Counted from the stretch's first letter, positions 39,808 through 49,830 are shown. The stretch is DNA of 64,000 bases from Nitrosopumilus sp. (GCA_963662625.1 OY759726.1:480001-544000); one strand, 5' to 3'. Program-made: numbers and translations. The notes: a model not told the origin generated them from the sequence alone.

Positions 39808-40272
39808 ATGGCTGCAAGGGGGGCTCTTTACGCCGTTTTTCTTTTGCCCGTGGTGTTCTCGGCGGCCTTTGGCACCGCGGTGATGGCCGACGTGCTGCAG
39901 GAGCCGGACAGGGAGCTGAGGCTGTGGGGGTTCGCGGAGAAGGGCCACAAGGCGGGGCACGGGGGGCCCGTCGAGATCGTCGGCCTCCAGGGGGAGTATT
40001 CCGCGTCCCAGCCAGTCAGCCTTGGCGTCAGGGTCTCCGATCCCGCGTTCAGCTGCGGCGACCTGTACATTACGATATACTCCGGCGGGGAACCCGTCAT
40101 CCAGAGGGGTTTTTTTAACCAGTGCTTCGGGCAGGACATCCAGGTCTTGCCGGTAGGCGCAGAATTTTCCGAGATGATCGACGCCCCCGGGGCCTACGAG
40201 GTGGTCGTAGAGGTGACTGACAGGGACCAGCAAAGCAGCCTGGCCATGGGCGGGAAATTTACTGTTAAATAG
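39808..40272 (+). CDS. Secreted/membrane-anchored hypothetical protein
   Basis: N-terminal TM segment, beta-rich domain with a Cys pair. Confidence 0.78.
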   Translation: MAARGALYAVFLLPVVFSAAFGTAVMADVLQEPDRELRLWGFAEKGHKAGHGGPVEIVGLQGEYSASQPVSLGVRVSDPAFSCGDLYITIYSGGEPVIQRGFFNQCFGQDIQVLPVGAEFSEMIDAPGAYEVVVEVTDRDQQSSLAMGGKFTVK

Positions 40273-40325
40273 TAATGTAATGTTTGGGGAGTAGGAAATT
40301 TGGTTCTGTTGGTCAAGGTGGTACG

Positions 40326-41129
40326 ATGGTAAAGAAGGACGACGCCCGTGCGGATATTGAGAAGATACAGTCGGAGATAGAGGCGCTGAAGAGAAAGTCC
40401 AAGATCCTGGCCACAAAGCCTGCAAGGAAGGCTGCCAAGAAGCCGGCAGGGAAGCCCGCCGGGAAGGCAGCGGCCAAGAAGCCGGCAGGGAAGCCCGCCG
40501 GGAAGGCAGCGGCCAAGAAGCCCGCCGGGAAGGCCGCGGCCAAGAAGCCGGCAGGGAAGGCCGCGGCCAAGAAGCCGGCAGGGAAGGCCGCGGCCAAGAA
40601 GCCGGCAGGGAAGGCTGCCAAGAAGCCGGCAGGGAAGGCCGCGGCCAAGAAGCCGGCCGGGAAGGCCGCCGCCGAAGAGGCCAAGACGGAGGGAAAGACC
40701 CTCGAGGAGGAGCTGGAGGAGCAGCTGTCCGACGAGGAGATCGAGAACTTCCAGATCGAGAAGGTGGACATGGAGAGGCTGACAAACAGGGTCTACGACA
40801 TACTGGCCGGGAAGGAGTCCGACGGCATGCTGCAAAACGAGCTCTGGAAGAAGCTCAAGCTCACGGCCAGGGACGGTTCCCGGCTCGCGCTGAAGCTGGA
40901 GAGGATGGGCACCATCACCAGGGAGAAGATTCTTGAAAAGGGCCGCTGGACCTACAAGCTCATCCTGAAGAAGACCCCGATCAGCACACAGTCCATAGTG
41001 GACGCCCCGTGCCTCGTGTGCCCCGTGGAGCAGAAATGCTCCCTTGACGGCGAGATCAGCCCGAGGAGCTGCCAGCTGATCGAGGAATGGGTCATCGCGG
41101 AGATGAAGAGACCAAAGAAGGGCAAATGA
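40326..41129 (+). CDS. TFE-beta/Rpc34-like winged helix + Fe-S protein with Lys/Ala/Pro repeat N-terminus
   Basis: GMLQNELWKKLKLTARDGSRLALKLE wHTH; PCLVCPVEQKC..ISPRSC..IEEW 4-Cys motif. Confidence 0.78.
   Translation: MVKKDDARADIEKIQSEIEALKRKSKILATKPARKAAKKPAGKPAGKAAAKKPAGKPAGKAAAKKPAGKAAAKKPAGKAAAKKPAGKAAAKKPAGKAAKKPAGKAAAKKPAGKAAAEEAKTEGKTLEEELEEQLSDEEIENFQIEKVDMERLTNRVYDILAGKESDGMLQNELWKKLKLTARDGSRLALKLERMGTITREKILEKGRWTYKLILKKTPISTQSIVDAPCLVCPVEQKCSLDGEISPRSCQLIEEWVIAEMKRPKKGK
40416..40673 (+). repeat. Imperfect coding tandem repeat, main unit 27 bp (KKPAGKAAA)
   Basis: GCCAAGAAGCCGGCAGGGAAGGCCGCG and variants, about 8 copies. Confidence 0.9.
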
Positions 41130-41719
41130 AGCTAATCGACGCCAGGAAGGATCACTACAGGAGGCTTGCCCGCGAGCAGGGGTACCGGAGCCGGTCTGCC
41201 TACAAGCTGAAGGAGCTGAACAGGTCCTACAGGGTCATCGGCCCCGGCTTTTACGTGCTTGACCTCGGCTGCGCCCCCGGGGGATGGACCCAGATGGCCG
41301 CAAAGCTCGCGGGAAACACGGGCAAGGTCATGGGGGTGGACCTGGCATACGTCGAGGAGGTCCCCGGGGCCCGCATAATCCGCGGGGACATCGGGGACGA
41401 GTCGGTGGTCGACGAGGTCATGGAATACTTTGGGCGCAAGGTCAACGCGGTCATATCCGATCTCTCGCCCCAGGTTACCGGGAACTGGTCGGTGGACCAC
41501 GCGAGGCAGATTTCCCTGAACTACGCGTCGGCCAAGATCATAGACGGCGTCATGGCCCGCAAGGGCAACGCCATCTTCAAGGTGTTCGACGGCGAGTACT
41601 CGATGGAGTTCAAGGGCTACGTCGGGAAGAAATTTTCGCGGGTGAGCCTCACGAAGCCCAAGGCCAGCAGGAAGCAGAGCAGCGAGGTGTACTATGTCTG
41701 CCTGGGCTACACGGGCTAG
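41126..41719 (+). CDS. rlmE: 23S rRNA Um2552 methyltransferase RlmE/FtsJ
   Basis: GYRSRSAYKL, DLGCAPGGW, KPKASR..SSE. Confidence 0.95.
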   Translation: MKLIDARKDHYRRLAREQGYRSRSAYKLKELNRSYRVIGPGFYVLDLGCAPGGWTQMAAKLAGNTGKVMGVDLAYVEEVPGARIIRGDIGDESVVDEVMEYFGRKVNAVISDLSPQVTGNWSVDHARQISLNYASAKIIDGVMARKGNAIFKVFDGEYSMEFKGYVGKKFSRVSLTKPKASRKQSSEVYYVCLGYTG

Positions 41720-42849
41720 CCCGCAAACAGCCCCCTGATCTCTCCTACTGCGGCGTCAGTCCTGAACCCGGTGGGCCCCAGCGAGGTCGGGCTGGACGCG
41801 AACCCGCCGTCCCGCAGGCCGCCTATCAGGCTGTCGAGCTTCGGCGGCGAGGCCTTCATGCCTGCCGCGATCTCGTCGAGGGTGTAGTACGTCCCGGGCA
41901 TGTCCGCCTCCAGGGCCGCCTTTGCCAGGATCTTCCCGCACGCCTTGTCCACCGCCATCCCCGGCGCGGCCAGGGCCATGCCCCGGACGAACCCCCCGTC
42001 GAAGAGCCTCCCGGTCCACAGCGGGCCGGCGGCGGCGTTTGCCGACCCGCACTCCTCGCATTCCGGCTCCCGCCGCGGCGAGGTCTTCCTGCGCATGCAC
42101 GCGCGGCAGTGCAGGACGAAGCCCATGTTCTCCCGCTGGTCGGGCCTTTTGTCCACCCTGACATACGTCCTGTAGTAGTGCTGGTCGCTCTCCACGAACA
42201 GCGGGTCTATCCCCATCCCCAGCCTTGCCGCGACCGACCTGAGGCACCCCAGGACCAGCCTTATGGCCACCTCGTTGCCGTACGTCACCCTGACGGGGAC
42301 GCCGCCGTACCTCCTCCTGCACGCGCCCTGGAACATCCCGTTCAGGACCTGCAGGTCCGTGGCCGTGCACGACAGGATCCCGCCGTGCATCGTCGCCCTC
42401 AGGCCGCAGTCAAAGAACGGGGCCGGGGAGCCGAACGGGTCGATGTCCACCATCGATCCGCGCTTTCCCCTCTCCGAGAACCTAGAGAAGAACCTGCAGG
42501 CCTCGTCCCCGGAGAAGCTCACGTTGTCGGTGCCGTTCAGCCTGGCAGAGTCCCTTGCCATCCTGACGGCCGACGGGTTCAGGTCGTTGGCCGCCACGCA
42601 GTCCACGTCCAGCTCGTTGGCTACCCTCAGCCCCCGGGCCCCGGTCCCCGACATCCCCTCCAAGAGGGTCTTGGGGCCAGCAAGGCCCGCCGCGAACGTC
42701 CCGTATGCCACCAGCGAGAGGTCCCTGTTCAGCCTCGCCCTCGGGTTGAAGAACGCCGGCTCCCTCGGCGGCACCCCCCCGGCGACGGATCCGCGGGGGA
42801 CGATCAGGGTCGTCCTCCCCTCGACCACCTCCTCCAGATCCGCCTCCAA
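41716..42849 (-). CDS. trm1: tRNA (guanine-26-N2)-dimethyltransferase
   Basis: FFNP....NRD, G.RGLR, DIDPFGSP, TATD, GPLWTG. Confidence 0.95.
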   Translation of the reverse strand: MEADLEEVVEGRTTLIVPRGSVAGGVPPREPAFFNPRARLNRDLSLVAYGTFAAGLAGPKTLLEGMSGTGARGLRVANELDVDCVAANDLNPSAVRMARDSARLNGTDNVSFSGDEACRFFSRFSERGKRGSMVDIDPFGSPAPFFDCGLRATMHGGILSCTATDLQVLNGMFQGACRRRYGGVPVRVTYGNEVAIRLVLGCLRSVAARLGMGIDPLFVESDQHYYRTYVRVDKRPDQRENMGFVLHCRACMRRKTSPRREPECEECGSANAAAGPLWTGRLFDGGFVRGMALAAPGMAVDKACGKILAKAALEADMPGTYYTLDEIAAGMKASPPKLDSLIGGLRDGGFASSPTSLGPTGFRTDAAVGEIRGLFAG

Positions 42850-42912
42850 CAGCCTGACTGGCCAGGGCTGTCCCTATAATGGTTTAATACTCGCGCCCGT
42901 GGGACGGAACCC

Positions 42913-43533
42913 GTGCGGCTGTGCGGGGTTGACGACGCGGGGCGCGGTTCCATGCTGGGGCCGCTGGTGATCGCCGGGGTGTCCGTAAGCAAGTCCGGGC
43001 TCAGGGCCCTGCGCGAGCTGGGCGTCAGGGACTCCAAGACGCTCACCCCCAGATCCCGCGAGGAGCTGTACGGGAAGATCATTTCCGTGGTGGACGACTA
43101 CCACGTGGTCAGGATCCCCCCCAGGTCCGTCGACGCCAGCGTCAGGAGGCACGCCCTGAACCACCTCGAGGCCAGGCACATGGCGAGGGTGGTCTCCAGG
43201 CTGGATCCCGACGCGTCCTACGTCGACTCTTGCGACGTCAACCCGCGCAGGTTCGGGAGGGAGGTCTCGCGGCTTTCCGACAACAGGAGGATCCACTCGT
43301 ACCACCACGCCGACAGCAGGTTCGTGGTGGTCTCGGCCGCGTCGATAGTGGCCAAGGTGTCAAGGGACAGCTCGATCTCGCGCCTGCGGAGGGACCACGA
43401 CCTGGGCAGCGGCTACCCGTCCGACGCCAGGACGATCCGGTTCGTGTCGGAGTTCTACGCGGCCAACCGCGCGCTGCCCGCATTCGTCCGCAAGAGCTGG
43501 AAGCCCGCCCAGAGGATACTCGCCGGCGGCTAG
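42913..43533 (+). CDS. rnhB: Ribonuclease HII
   Basis: GVDDAGRG, DSK, AASIVAKV, GSGYPSD. Confidence 0.96.
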   Translation: MRLCGVDDAGRGSMLGPLVIAGVSVSKSGLRALRELGVRDSKTLTPRSREELYGKIISVVDDYHVVRIPPRSVDASVRRHALNHLEARHMARVVSRLDPDASYVDSCDVNPRRFGREVSRLSDNRRIHSYHHADSRFVVVSAASIVAKVSRDSSISRLRRDHDLGSGYPSDARTIRFVSEFYAANRALPAFVRKSWKPAQRILAGG

Positions 43534-44204
43534 CCCAGCGCCCTGGCAAGCGCTATCGCGTGGTCCTTGTCGTACGGGCGCAGGTCTATCACCTGCAGTA
43601 TCTCGAAGCCGGCCCTCAGCTTGTCCACCTCCCGGGCGATGACCCGCCCGGGCGCCTCCGCGACATTTATGCTCCTAGGCTTGACCACCAGGAAGAGCCA
43701 GCCGTTCTTCTTCAGGTACGCCCTGCAGTTCTCGATCGCGATGGCCGTCTGGTCCGGCTGCGCGATGTCCACGTAGACCACGTCTACCTTCCCGAAGGCT
43801 CCCGAGTACTCCTTGGGCTTCCTGGCGTCCTGGACTATCGGGATGACGTTCCTCCTGCGCGATGCGACCCTGTCGATGAACTCCCTGGCCACCCTGCTGG
43901 CGTGATCCACCCCGAAGACCGTCCCGCCGGGCCCCACTATGTCGGAGATGTGGCTGGCCGTCGTGCCGGTGGACACCCCCAGGTAGAGCACGGACGACCC
44001 CTCCGCGAACGGGAACTCCTCCAGCCCCTTCATGACCGCCGCCGCCAGCTTGCTCCTGAACGGGTCCCACAGCCGGTATTCCACGCCCTTCCTGACTACC
44101 AGGTTCTCCTTGTAGGCCCGGCGCCCCGGAACCAGGTTTTCCGTGGCGAGCCTCTCTTCTCCCTCGAACCTTATCCAGAAGATCCCCCTGTTACCGCCTT
44201 CCAA
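43530..44204 (-). CDS. flpA: Fibrillarin
   Basis: W.PFRSKLAA, VLYLG.STGTT.SH, DIAQPDQ. Confidence 0.96.
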   Translation of the reverse strand: MEGGNRGIFWIRFEGEERLATENLVPGRRAYKENLVVRKGVEYRLWDPFRSKLAAAVMKGLEEFPFAEGSSVLYLGVSTGTTASHISDIVGPGGTVFGVDHASRVAREFIDRVASRRRNVIPIVQDARKPKEYSGAFGKVDVVYVDIAQPDQTAIAIENCRAYLKKNGWLFLVVKPRSINVAEAPGRVIAREVDKLRAGFEILQVIDLRPYDKDHAIALARALG

Positions 44205-45441
44205 ACTTCTTTCGCTTCTTCTTTTTCTGGCCCGGCCTGTCCCCGGGCGCCCTCCTGCCGCGGCCCCTCTCGGGGGCCCTCCCGGAATTCTCGCCGCCCC
44301 TCCTTGCCGTCCCCGGCTTCCTCTCGGGGGGCTTTTCGTACCTCTTTCCTATCTCCGAGACCCTCACGTTGAGCTTCTCCAGCAGCATCTCGTTTATCCC
44401 CTCGCCGTACACGTCGACCCTGGCGGCGATCACGGTCTTTGCGGCGATCGCCCTTGCTATCTTGCCCCTCTGCCACCGGGGCGCGCCGTGGACCAGCTGG
44501 TGCTGGAACAGCAGCCCGTGCTTTGGCGGCTGCGATCCGGTCTTCAGCGCCCGGAACAGCGCCTTTTCGGCTCCCAGCACCTGTATGGTGCTTGCCGGCA
44601 GCGACGCCAGCCTCTTGAGGCTGCCCGCCTTCCTCATGAGCCTCGCCCCTATGGTGGGCCCCACTATGGCGGTCAGGTTCGGCGCGGTCTCCCTCATCTC
44701 GGCGTCTATGTGCATCTCCACGCCCCTCCTCAGCTCGTGGAGGCCGGCTATCTGCCTTGCCAGCGACTGGACCATCGACAGGTTGGCGTCGGAGATCTTC
44801 CCGCCTATGCTCTTTGAGGCGACCAGGACGACCATCTGGGCGTTGGACTCTGTGAACCCGGCCCCCTCGAAGAGATCCTTCGTCAGGTCTCCCCTCCTCC
44901 CGCCCAGGACGACCTGCGCGTACCCGTTTATGCCGTCGACTATGTTTTCGAGCTCCGGGAAGTGCAGCCCGTACCACTCGCGCATCCTCGAGCTCAGGAC
45001 GTTGGCGATCTTGTCGATCTCGTCTAGCGAGTCGATCGCCCTGACGATGTAGAGGTCAGGGCTCTCGAGGACCTCGGTCACCTGCGACGACGTCAGCCCC
45101 AGCGAAAAGTCCCTGAGCTTCCCGAGCGCGTCCGGGACGTCCTTTGCGAACCCCGAATCCACGATTATCTGCGGCTTTGACGACTGGATCTCCTCGAGCT
45201 CCTTCTCGTCCATCATCTGCGCGTCGATCGAGGACTTTTTTAGCAGCTCAAGCAGCGACGCGTCGCTGGTCTTCACGCCCCTCTGGAGCGAGTTGAGGTA
45301 CTCGACCAGCTGGTCCAGGCTGGCCTCTTTTTTTTTAATCGAGAGGTACTCGCCCACCACGTCCTTGAACGGGAACGTCCTGTCAACCACTCCCCCGCTG
45401 AAGACCGGTATCCCCAGTTCCGTCAAGATCACGGAGTACAT
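44191..45441 (-). CDS. nop5: Nop5/Nop56 box C/D RNP protein
   Basis: REWYGLHFPEL, QVLGAEKALF, PKHGLLF; start ATG 45441. Confidence 0.96.
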   Translation of the reverse strand: MYSVILTELGIPVFSGGVVDRTFPFKDVVGEYLSIKKKEASLDQLVEYLNSLQRGVKTSDASLLELLKKSSIDAQMMDEKELEEIQSSKPQIIVDSGFAKDVPDALGKLRDFSLGLTSSQVTEVLESPDLYIVRAIDSLDEIDKIANVLSSRMREWYGLHFPELENIVDGINGYAQVVLGGRRGDLTKDLFEGAGFTESNAQMVVLVASKSIGGKISDANLSMVQSLARQIAGLHELRRGVEMHIDAEMRETAPNLTAIVGPTIGARLMRKAGSLKRLASLPASTIQVLGAEKALFRALKTGSQPPKHGLLFQHQLVHGAPRWQRGKIARAIAAKTVIAARVDVYGEGINEMLLEKLNVRVSEIGKRYEKPPERKPGTARRGGENSGRAPERGRGRRAPGDRPGQKKKKRKKFGRR

Positions 45442-45528
45442 GCTAGGTGATCCGAACTGACCTTTAAAAAAGGTACCAGATTGGCCGCAGACCAACCGTT
45501 ATATTCAAACCCGGGATACCTGATCAGA

Positions 45529-46440
45529 GTGGAGCCGAGTCTTGCTACAACCATAGGTCCAATCTCGCTTGCCAGGCCCGCGATGCTGGCCTCGGGCATA
45601 CTGGGGATCTCCATGGAGGTGTTTGGCCGCGTCTACCGCGCGGGGGCCGGCGCCGTCGTCACAAAGTCACTGAGCAGGGAGCCGTGGGAGGGGTACCCGA
45701 ACCCCACCGTGGTCGGCGTCAAGGGTGGCGGGTGGATAAACGCGGTGGGCCTGTCGAACCCCGGGGCGTCGAACTTTGCTGGCATGATGGGGCCCGGCGG
45801 GGACGTCCCGGTCATAGTCAGCCTGGTGGGCTCCGCCGCCGGCGACTTTGAGTCCATGGTGGGGGAGTTTGCGGGCCGCGGGGTCACCGCGTACGAGCTT
45901 AACCTGTCGTGCCCCCACGTGGCCAAGGTGGGGCTCGAGGTGGGCGACGATCCCGGGCTGGTAAGGGAGATCGTCTCCGCCGTGAAGAACGCCTCCGGCG
46001 TGCCCGTGATCGCCAAGGTCGGGCTCGGGACGGTCCACTACCTCGACACCGTCGGCGCGGCCGTCGACGCCGGGGCCGACGCGGTGACGGCGATCAACAC
46101 GGTACGCTCCATGGCGATCGACGTCGAGACCCAGAGGCCCGTCCTCAGCAACAGGTTCGGCGGCCTCTCCGGGACGCCGATAAAGCCGATTGCGCTGCGC
46201 TGCGTCTACGAGATATCGTCAAGGTACGACATCCCGGTGATAGGCTGCGGGGGGATCTCCTCCTGGGAGGACGCCGTGGAGTTTTTCCTGGCGGGCGCGT
46301 CCGCGGTCCAGCTGGGCAGCGCGATAGGGGACGACTGGACAGGGGTGTTCGGCGAGATCAACCGCGGGGTGGCGGGGTACATGGGCAGGAAGGGCATCGG
46401 GAGCATAAGGGAGATGGTGGGCGCTGCCAAGGAATCCTAA
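45529..46440 (+). CDS. pyrD: Dihydroorotate dehydrogenase, catalytic subunit (family 1B)
   Basis: [25 protein letters not shown]. Confidence 0.95.
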   Translation: MEPSLATTIGPISLARPAMLASGILGISMEVFGRVYRAGAGAVVTKSLSREPWEGYPNPTVVGVKGGGWINAVGLSNPGASNFAGMMGPGGDVPVIVSLVGSAAGDFESMVGEFAGRGVTAYELNLSCPHVAKVGLEVGDDPGLVREIVSAVKNASGVPVIAKVGLGTVHYLDTVGAAVDAGADAVTAINTVRSMAIDVETQRPVLSNRFGGLSGTPIKPIALRCVYEISSRYDIPVIGCGGISSWEDAVEFFLAGASAVQLGSAIGDDWTGVFGEINRGVAGYMGRKGIGSIREMVGAAKES

Positions 46441-47236
46441 CCGCCCGCACATAGTCACGGTCGAGAGGGTGGTCGACGAGACCCCGACCGTCAGGACCCT
46501 GGTCTTTTCTGACGACGTGATGTCGGCCGCGCGGCCCGGGCAGTTTGCCATGGTGTGGGTCCCGGGGGTGGGCGAGCTGCCGATGAGCGTGATGGTCTCC
46601 GGGGGGGACGGGGAGGCGGCATTTACGGTAAGGAGGCACGGGGAGGCGTCCACCGGGCTGTTCAACACCGCGGCGGGGCAGCAGATCGGCGTGCGCGGGC
46701 CCTACGGAAACTCCTTTGACCTGAGGGAGGGGAGGCTCCTGCTGGTGGGCGGCGGGACGGGGCTCGTCCCGCTGATGAGGCTGCTGGCGTCAGTCAGGCC
46801 GGACGACGAGGTCACCGTCCTGATCGGCGCCAGGACGAGGGACGAGGTGTTCTTCGAGGGCCTGGCAAACGGCCTGCTGGAGGGAAACGCCCACAGCGTC
46901 ATAGTCGCCACGGACGACGGCTCGTACGGGGAGAGGGGGAGGGTCACCGACGTCGCCCTGGGGCTCGTCGACGGGCGGCGCTTTGACGGCGTCTACACGT
47001 GCGGCCCCGAAAAGATGATGTACAAGGCGGTCAAGGCGGCGCATTCCAGGGGGCTCTTCGTCCAGGCCAGCCTGGAACGGGTTATGAAGTGCGGCGTGGG
47101 CATGTGCGGGAGCTGCTGCACGGGCAGCGACCTCGTGTGCAGGGACGGCACCGTGTTTGACGGCGACCACCTGCTCTCGAACCCGGAGTTCGGCCGTTCC
47201 CACAGGAATAAGGCAGGAATCTTGGAAAATTATTAA
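46424..47236 (+). CDS. pyrK: Dihydroorotate dehydrogenase electron-transfer subunit
   Basis: PGQF, RGPYGN, GGGTG, CGP, CGVGMCGSC; start CTG 46424 or GTG 46469. Confidence 0.93.
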   Translation: MPRNPNRPHIVTVERVVDETPTVRTLVFSDDVMSAARPGQFAMVWVPGVGELPMSVMVSGGDGEAAFTVRRHGEASTGLFNTAAGQQIGVRGPYGNSFDLREGRLLLVGGGTGLVPLMRLLASVRPDDEVTVLIGARTRDEVFFEGLANGLLEGNAHSVIVATDDGSYGERGRVTDVALGLVDGRRFDGVYTCGPEKMMYKAVKAAHSRGLFVQASLERVMKCGVGMCGSCCTGSDLVCRDGTVFDGDHLLSNPEFGRSHRNKAGILENY

Positions 47237-47278
47237 ACTTGACCAGCAAGGTTTAAAATAAATCACTGAATTATTGCG

Positions 47279-49012
47279 GTGAAGGACATGGGAACTCCAA
47301 AGATCGTGCTTACCGCGGACCGGACGCTGATGTCCCCGTACAGGGGGCTCTCCCTGGCCACGTTCTTCGGGTGCGCGCCGGCTCTGGACCCGCACCGGGA
47401 CAAGAAGAGCTTCTGGTACAAGATCCTGAAAAACCAGGTGACCCCGAAGATCCTGTTCGACTTTATCTGCAACTACATCCCCCACACCAACGGCGTGGCA
47501 AACTACGCCCCCTACGGGCTGAGGAAGCTGGAGGCAGGGCTGCTGCGCGACGGCTTTAGCAGGCAGGACGTCGTGGTGGCCCACCCGGACCACATCGAGA
47601 AGTTCATAGGCCCCGAGACGATGGCCGTCGGCACGTACGAGATGGACCCGCTGGGGATGGGGCCCGTGACCATGACCTTCACCTACGGGAGGAAGCAGAT
47701 CTCCTACGACGAGTACTACAACGCCGAGCTCCACCGCAGGATCAAGGCGGCCAAGGAGAAGACGGGGAGCAAGGCCAAGGTGATCTCAGGCGCCTCTGGG
47801 ACCTGGCAGTACAACTACGACCCGGAGAAGATCCGCGAGTTCGGGATATACGCGATACTCGAGGGGGAGCTCGGGGGGATCGCGCCCGAGATAGACGGCC
47901 ACGCCGGCAGGTTCTTCAACTACCTGATCAACGGCGACTTTGAGAACATGGACCCGTTCAGGAAGAGGAGCGACTTCAAGGTGAACATCAAGGAGTTCGA
48001 GAGGCGCGGGAAGAAGATCCACGGCAGGTTTGTCAACTTCTGGGACAGGCCCGAGCTGGAGGAGATCCCCGACATCGTCGAGCCCAGCATGCACGGCATG
48101 GTCGAGGTGATGCGTGGGTGCGGCAGGGGGTGCAAGTTCTGCGACGTCACGCTGAGGTCGCTCAGGTACTACCCCCCGGAAAAGGTCAAGAAGGAGATCG
48201 AGGTCAACCTGAAGAAGGGGGGCTCAAAGTCCGCGTGGATCCACAGCGACGACATCTTCGTCTACGGGATGGATCCCAGGACCTCCAAGGGGATGGAGCC
48301 GAACAGGGAGGCCCTCGAGGAGCTGTTCACCGCAATAATGGCCACGGGGGTGGCCCACACCAACCCCACTCACGGCACCCTGGCCGGCGCCATAGCCGAC
48401 GAGAAGCTGATCCCGAACATCTCCAGGATCATCAAGGCGGGCCCCGACAACATGATCGGCATCCAGGCCGGCTTTGAGACCGGCAGCCTCAGGCTGATAG
48501 GCAAGTATGCGGACAGGAAGCTCGCGCCGTACGCGCCCGACGAGTGGCACTGGGTGGTCAAGGAGGGCGTGAAGACCCTGAACCAGGACTACTGGATCCC
48601 GGCGTTCACCCTGATCATGGGGCTGGACAACGACGAGACCCCCGAGGACTCGTGGGAGACGGTCAGCCTGATAAGCGACCTGGAAAGGGAGCAGCCGGAC
48701 TCGATGTTCACCACCACCGCGCTCACGTTCGTGCCGATAGGGCTCCTGGAAAAATCCGACTTTTTCAACATCGGGAACGAGATGACCCCGCCGCAGCTGG
48801 GCGTGCTTTACAAGACCTGGCAGCACAACTTCAAGTACGGCATACAAAAGTTCATGAACAAGACCGGGGCGGAGGGCCCGCAGAAGTACTTCTTCAACAT
48901 GCTTGCTCGGTCCTTGGGCGGGGTCCCGCTGGGCGCGATGGAGCGCTATGCCCGCAGGAAGAGCAAGGAGCACGAGAAAGTGATCGAGACCATCAAGGCA
49001 AAGTACTGGTAG
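47279..49012 (+). CDS. Radical SAM protein, GDGT ring synthase (Grs)-like
   Basis: CxxxCxxC (CGRGCKFC); N-terminal LTADRTLMS, APYGLRKLEA and HPDH motifs resemble Grs-family proteins. Confidence 0.65.
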   Translation: MKDMGTPKIVLTADRTLMSPYRGLSLATFFGCAPALDPHRDKKSFWYKILKNQVTPKILFDFICNYIPHTNGVANYAPYGLRKLEAGLLRDGFSRQDVVVAHPDHIEKFIGPETMAVGTYEMDPLGMGPVTMTFTYGRKQISYDEYYNAELHRRIKAAKEKTGSKAKVISGASGTWQYNYDPEKIREFGIYAILEGELGGIAPEIDGHAGRFFNYLINGDFENMDPFRKRSDFKVNIKEFERRGKKIHGRFVNFWDRPELEEIPDIVEPSMHGMVEVMRGCGRGCKFCDVTLRSLRYYPPEKVKKEIEVNLKKGGSKSAWIHSDDIFVYGMDPRTSKGMEPNREALEELFTAIMATGVAHTNPTHGTLAGAIADEKLIPNISRIIKAGPDNMIGIQAGFETGSLRLIGKYADRKLAPYAPDEWHWVVKEGVKTLNQDYWIPAFTLIMGLDNDETPEDSWETVSLISDLEREQPDSMFTTTALTFVPIGLLEKSDFFNIGNEMTPPQLGVLYKTWQHNFKYGIQKFMNKTGAEGPQKYFFNMLARSLGGVPLGAMERYARRKSKEHEKVIETIKAKYW

Positions 49013-49080
49013 CGCGCCCCCATCCCTCGGCGCCCGGGCGCCATCCAAATACATAAATTCGTTAGGCCGCAACACAGGTC

Positions 49081-49263
49081 ATGGCAACCCACGGTTCGCT
49101 TACCAAGGCAGGCAAGGTCAGGGGTCAGACGCCCAAGGTGGAGGGCAGGAAGATCGTAGGCACCAACGCCAGCCTGAGAAACAAGAGCAACTTCAAGAAA
49201 AGGTTCGCCCTGGGCAGGGTCCCGGGCCAGAACAAGCCGGGGCAGAGAAGGAGGAGGCGCTAG
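49081..49263 (+). CDS. rps30e: 30S ribosomal protein S30e
   Basis: HGSLTKAGKVRGQTPKV. Confidence 0.97.
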   Translation: MATHGSLTKAGKVRGQTPKVEGRKIVGTNASLRNKSNFKKRFALGRVPGQNKPGQRRRRR

Positions 49264-49397
49264 CCGTCCCCGCGCGGCATCCCGGCGCCCGCGGTCCGGG
49301 CGCCCCAGCCGCGCAGCTTGCCCCGCGGCGCCGGCAGTCCCCGCGCGTGCTACGTATTTAGAGAGCCTTCACGTACACAATGCCGGGTTCTCCGGCG

Positions 49398-49823
49398 ATG
49401 CGTTTGGCAAAAAGATCAGTTGTTGCGGGGGTTTTGGTCGCGGTCGCGGCCGCCGCGGTGGCGGCGGCATACCAGGATCCCGGGGAGCAGGCCCCGGATC
49501 CCTCCCCGGAGGCCGAGGGCGGGATCGCCGCGGACGTGATCATGCCCACCAAGGTCTCCAGGCCCGGCTGCGAGGAGACCGACTCATGCTACGTCCCGGC
49601 CAGGATCACCGTCAGGCCCGGCCAGCCGGTGACCTGGCTGAACCAGGACTCCGCGTTCCACAGCGTGACCTCTGGCGCGTACGGCGACCCCACGGACGAC
49701 TTTGACAGCGGGTACATGGATCCCTACGAGTCATTCACCCTGACCTTTGAGCGGGCCGGAACCGTCGATTATTTTTGCACGCTTCACCCCTGGATGGAGG
49801 GCCAGGTCGTTGTGAGGGAGTGA
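49398..49823 (+). CDS. Membrane-anchored blue copper (plastocyanin-like) protein
   Basis: W.N.DSAFHSVTSG..YFCTLHPWM type-1 Cu ligands. Confidence 0.94.
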   Translation: MRLAKRSVVAGVLVAVAAAAVAAAYQDPGEQAPDPSPEAEGGIAADVIMPTKVSRPGCEETDSCYVPARITVRPGQPVTWLNQDSAFHSVTSGAYGDPTDDFDSGYMDPYESFTLTFERAGTVDYFCTLHPWMEGQVVVRE

Positions 49824-49830
49824 TGGTTCA

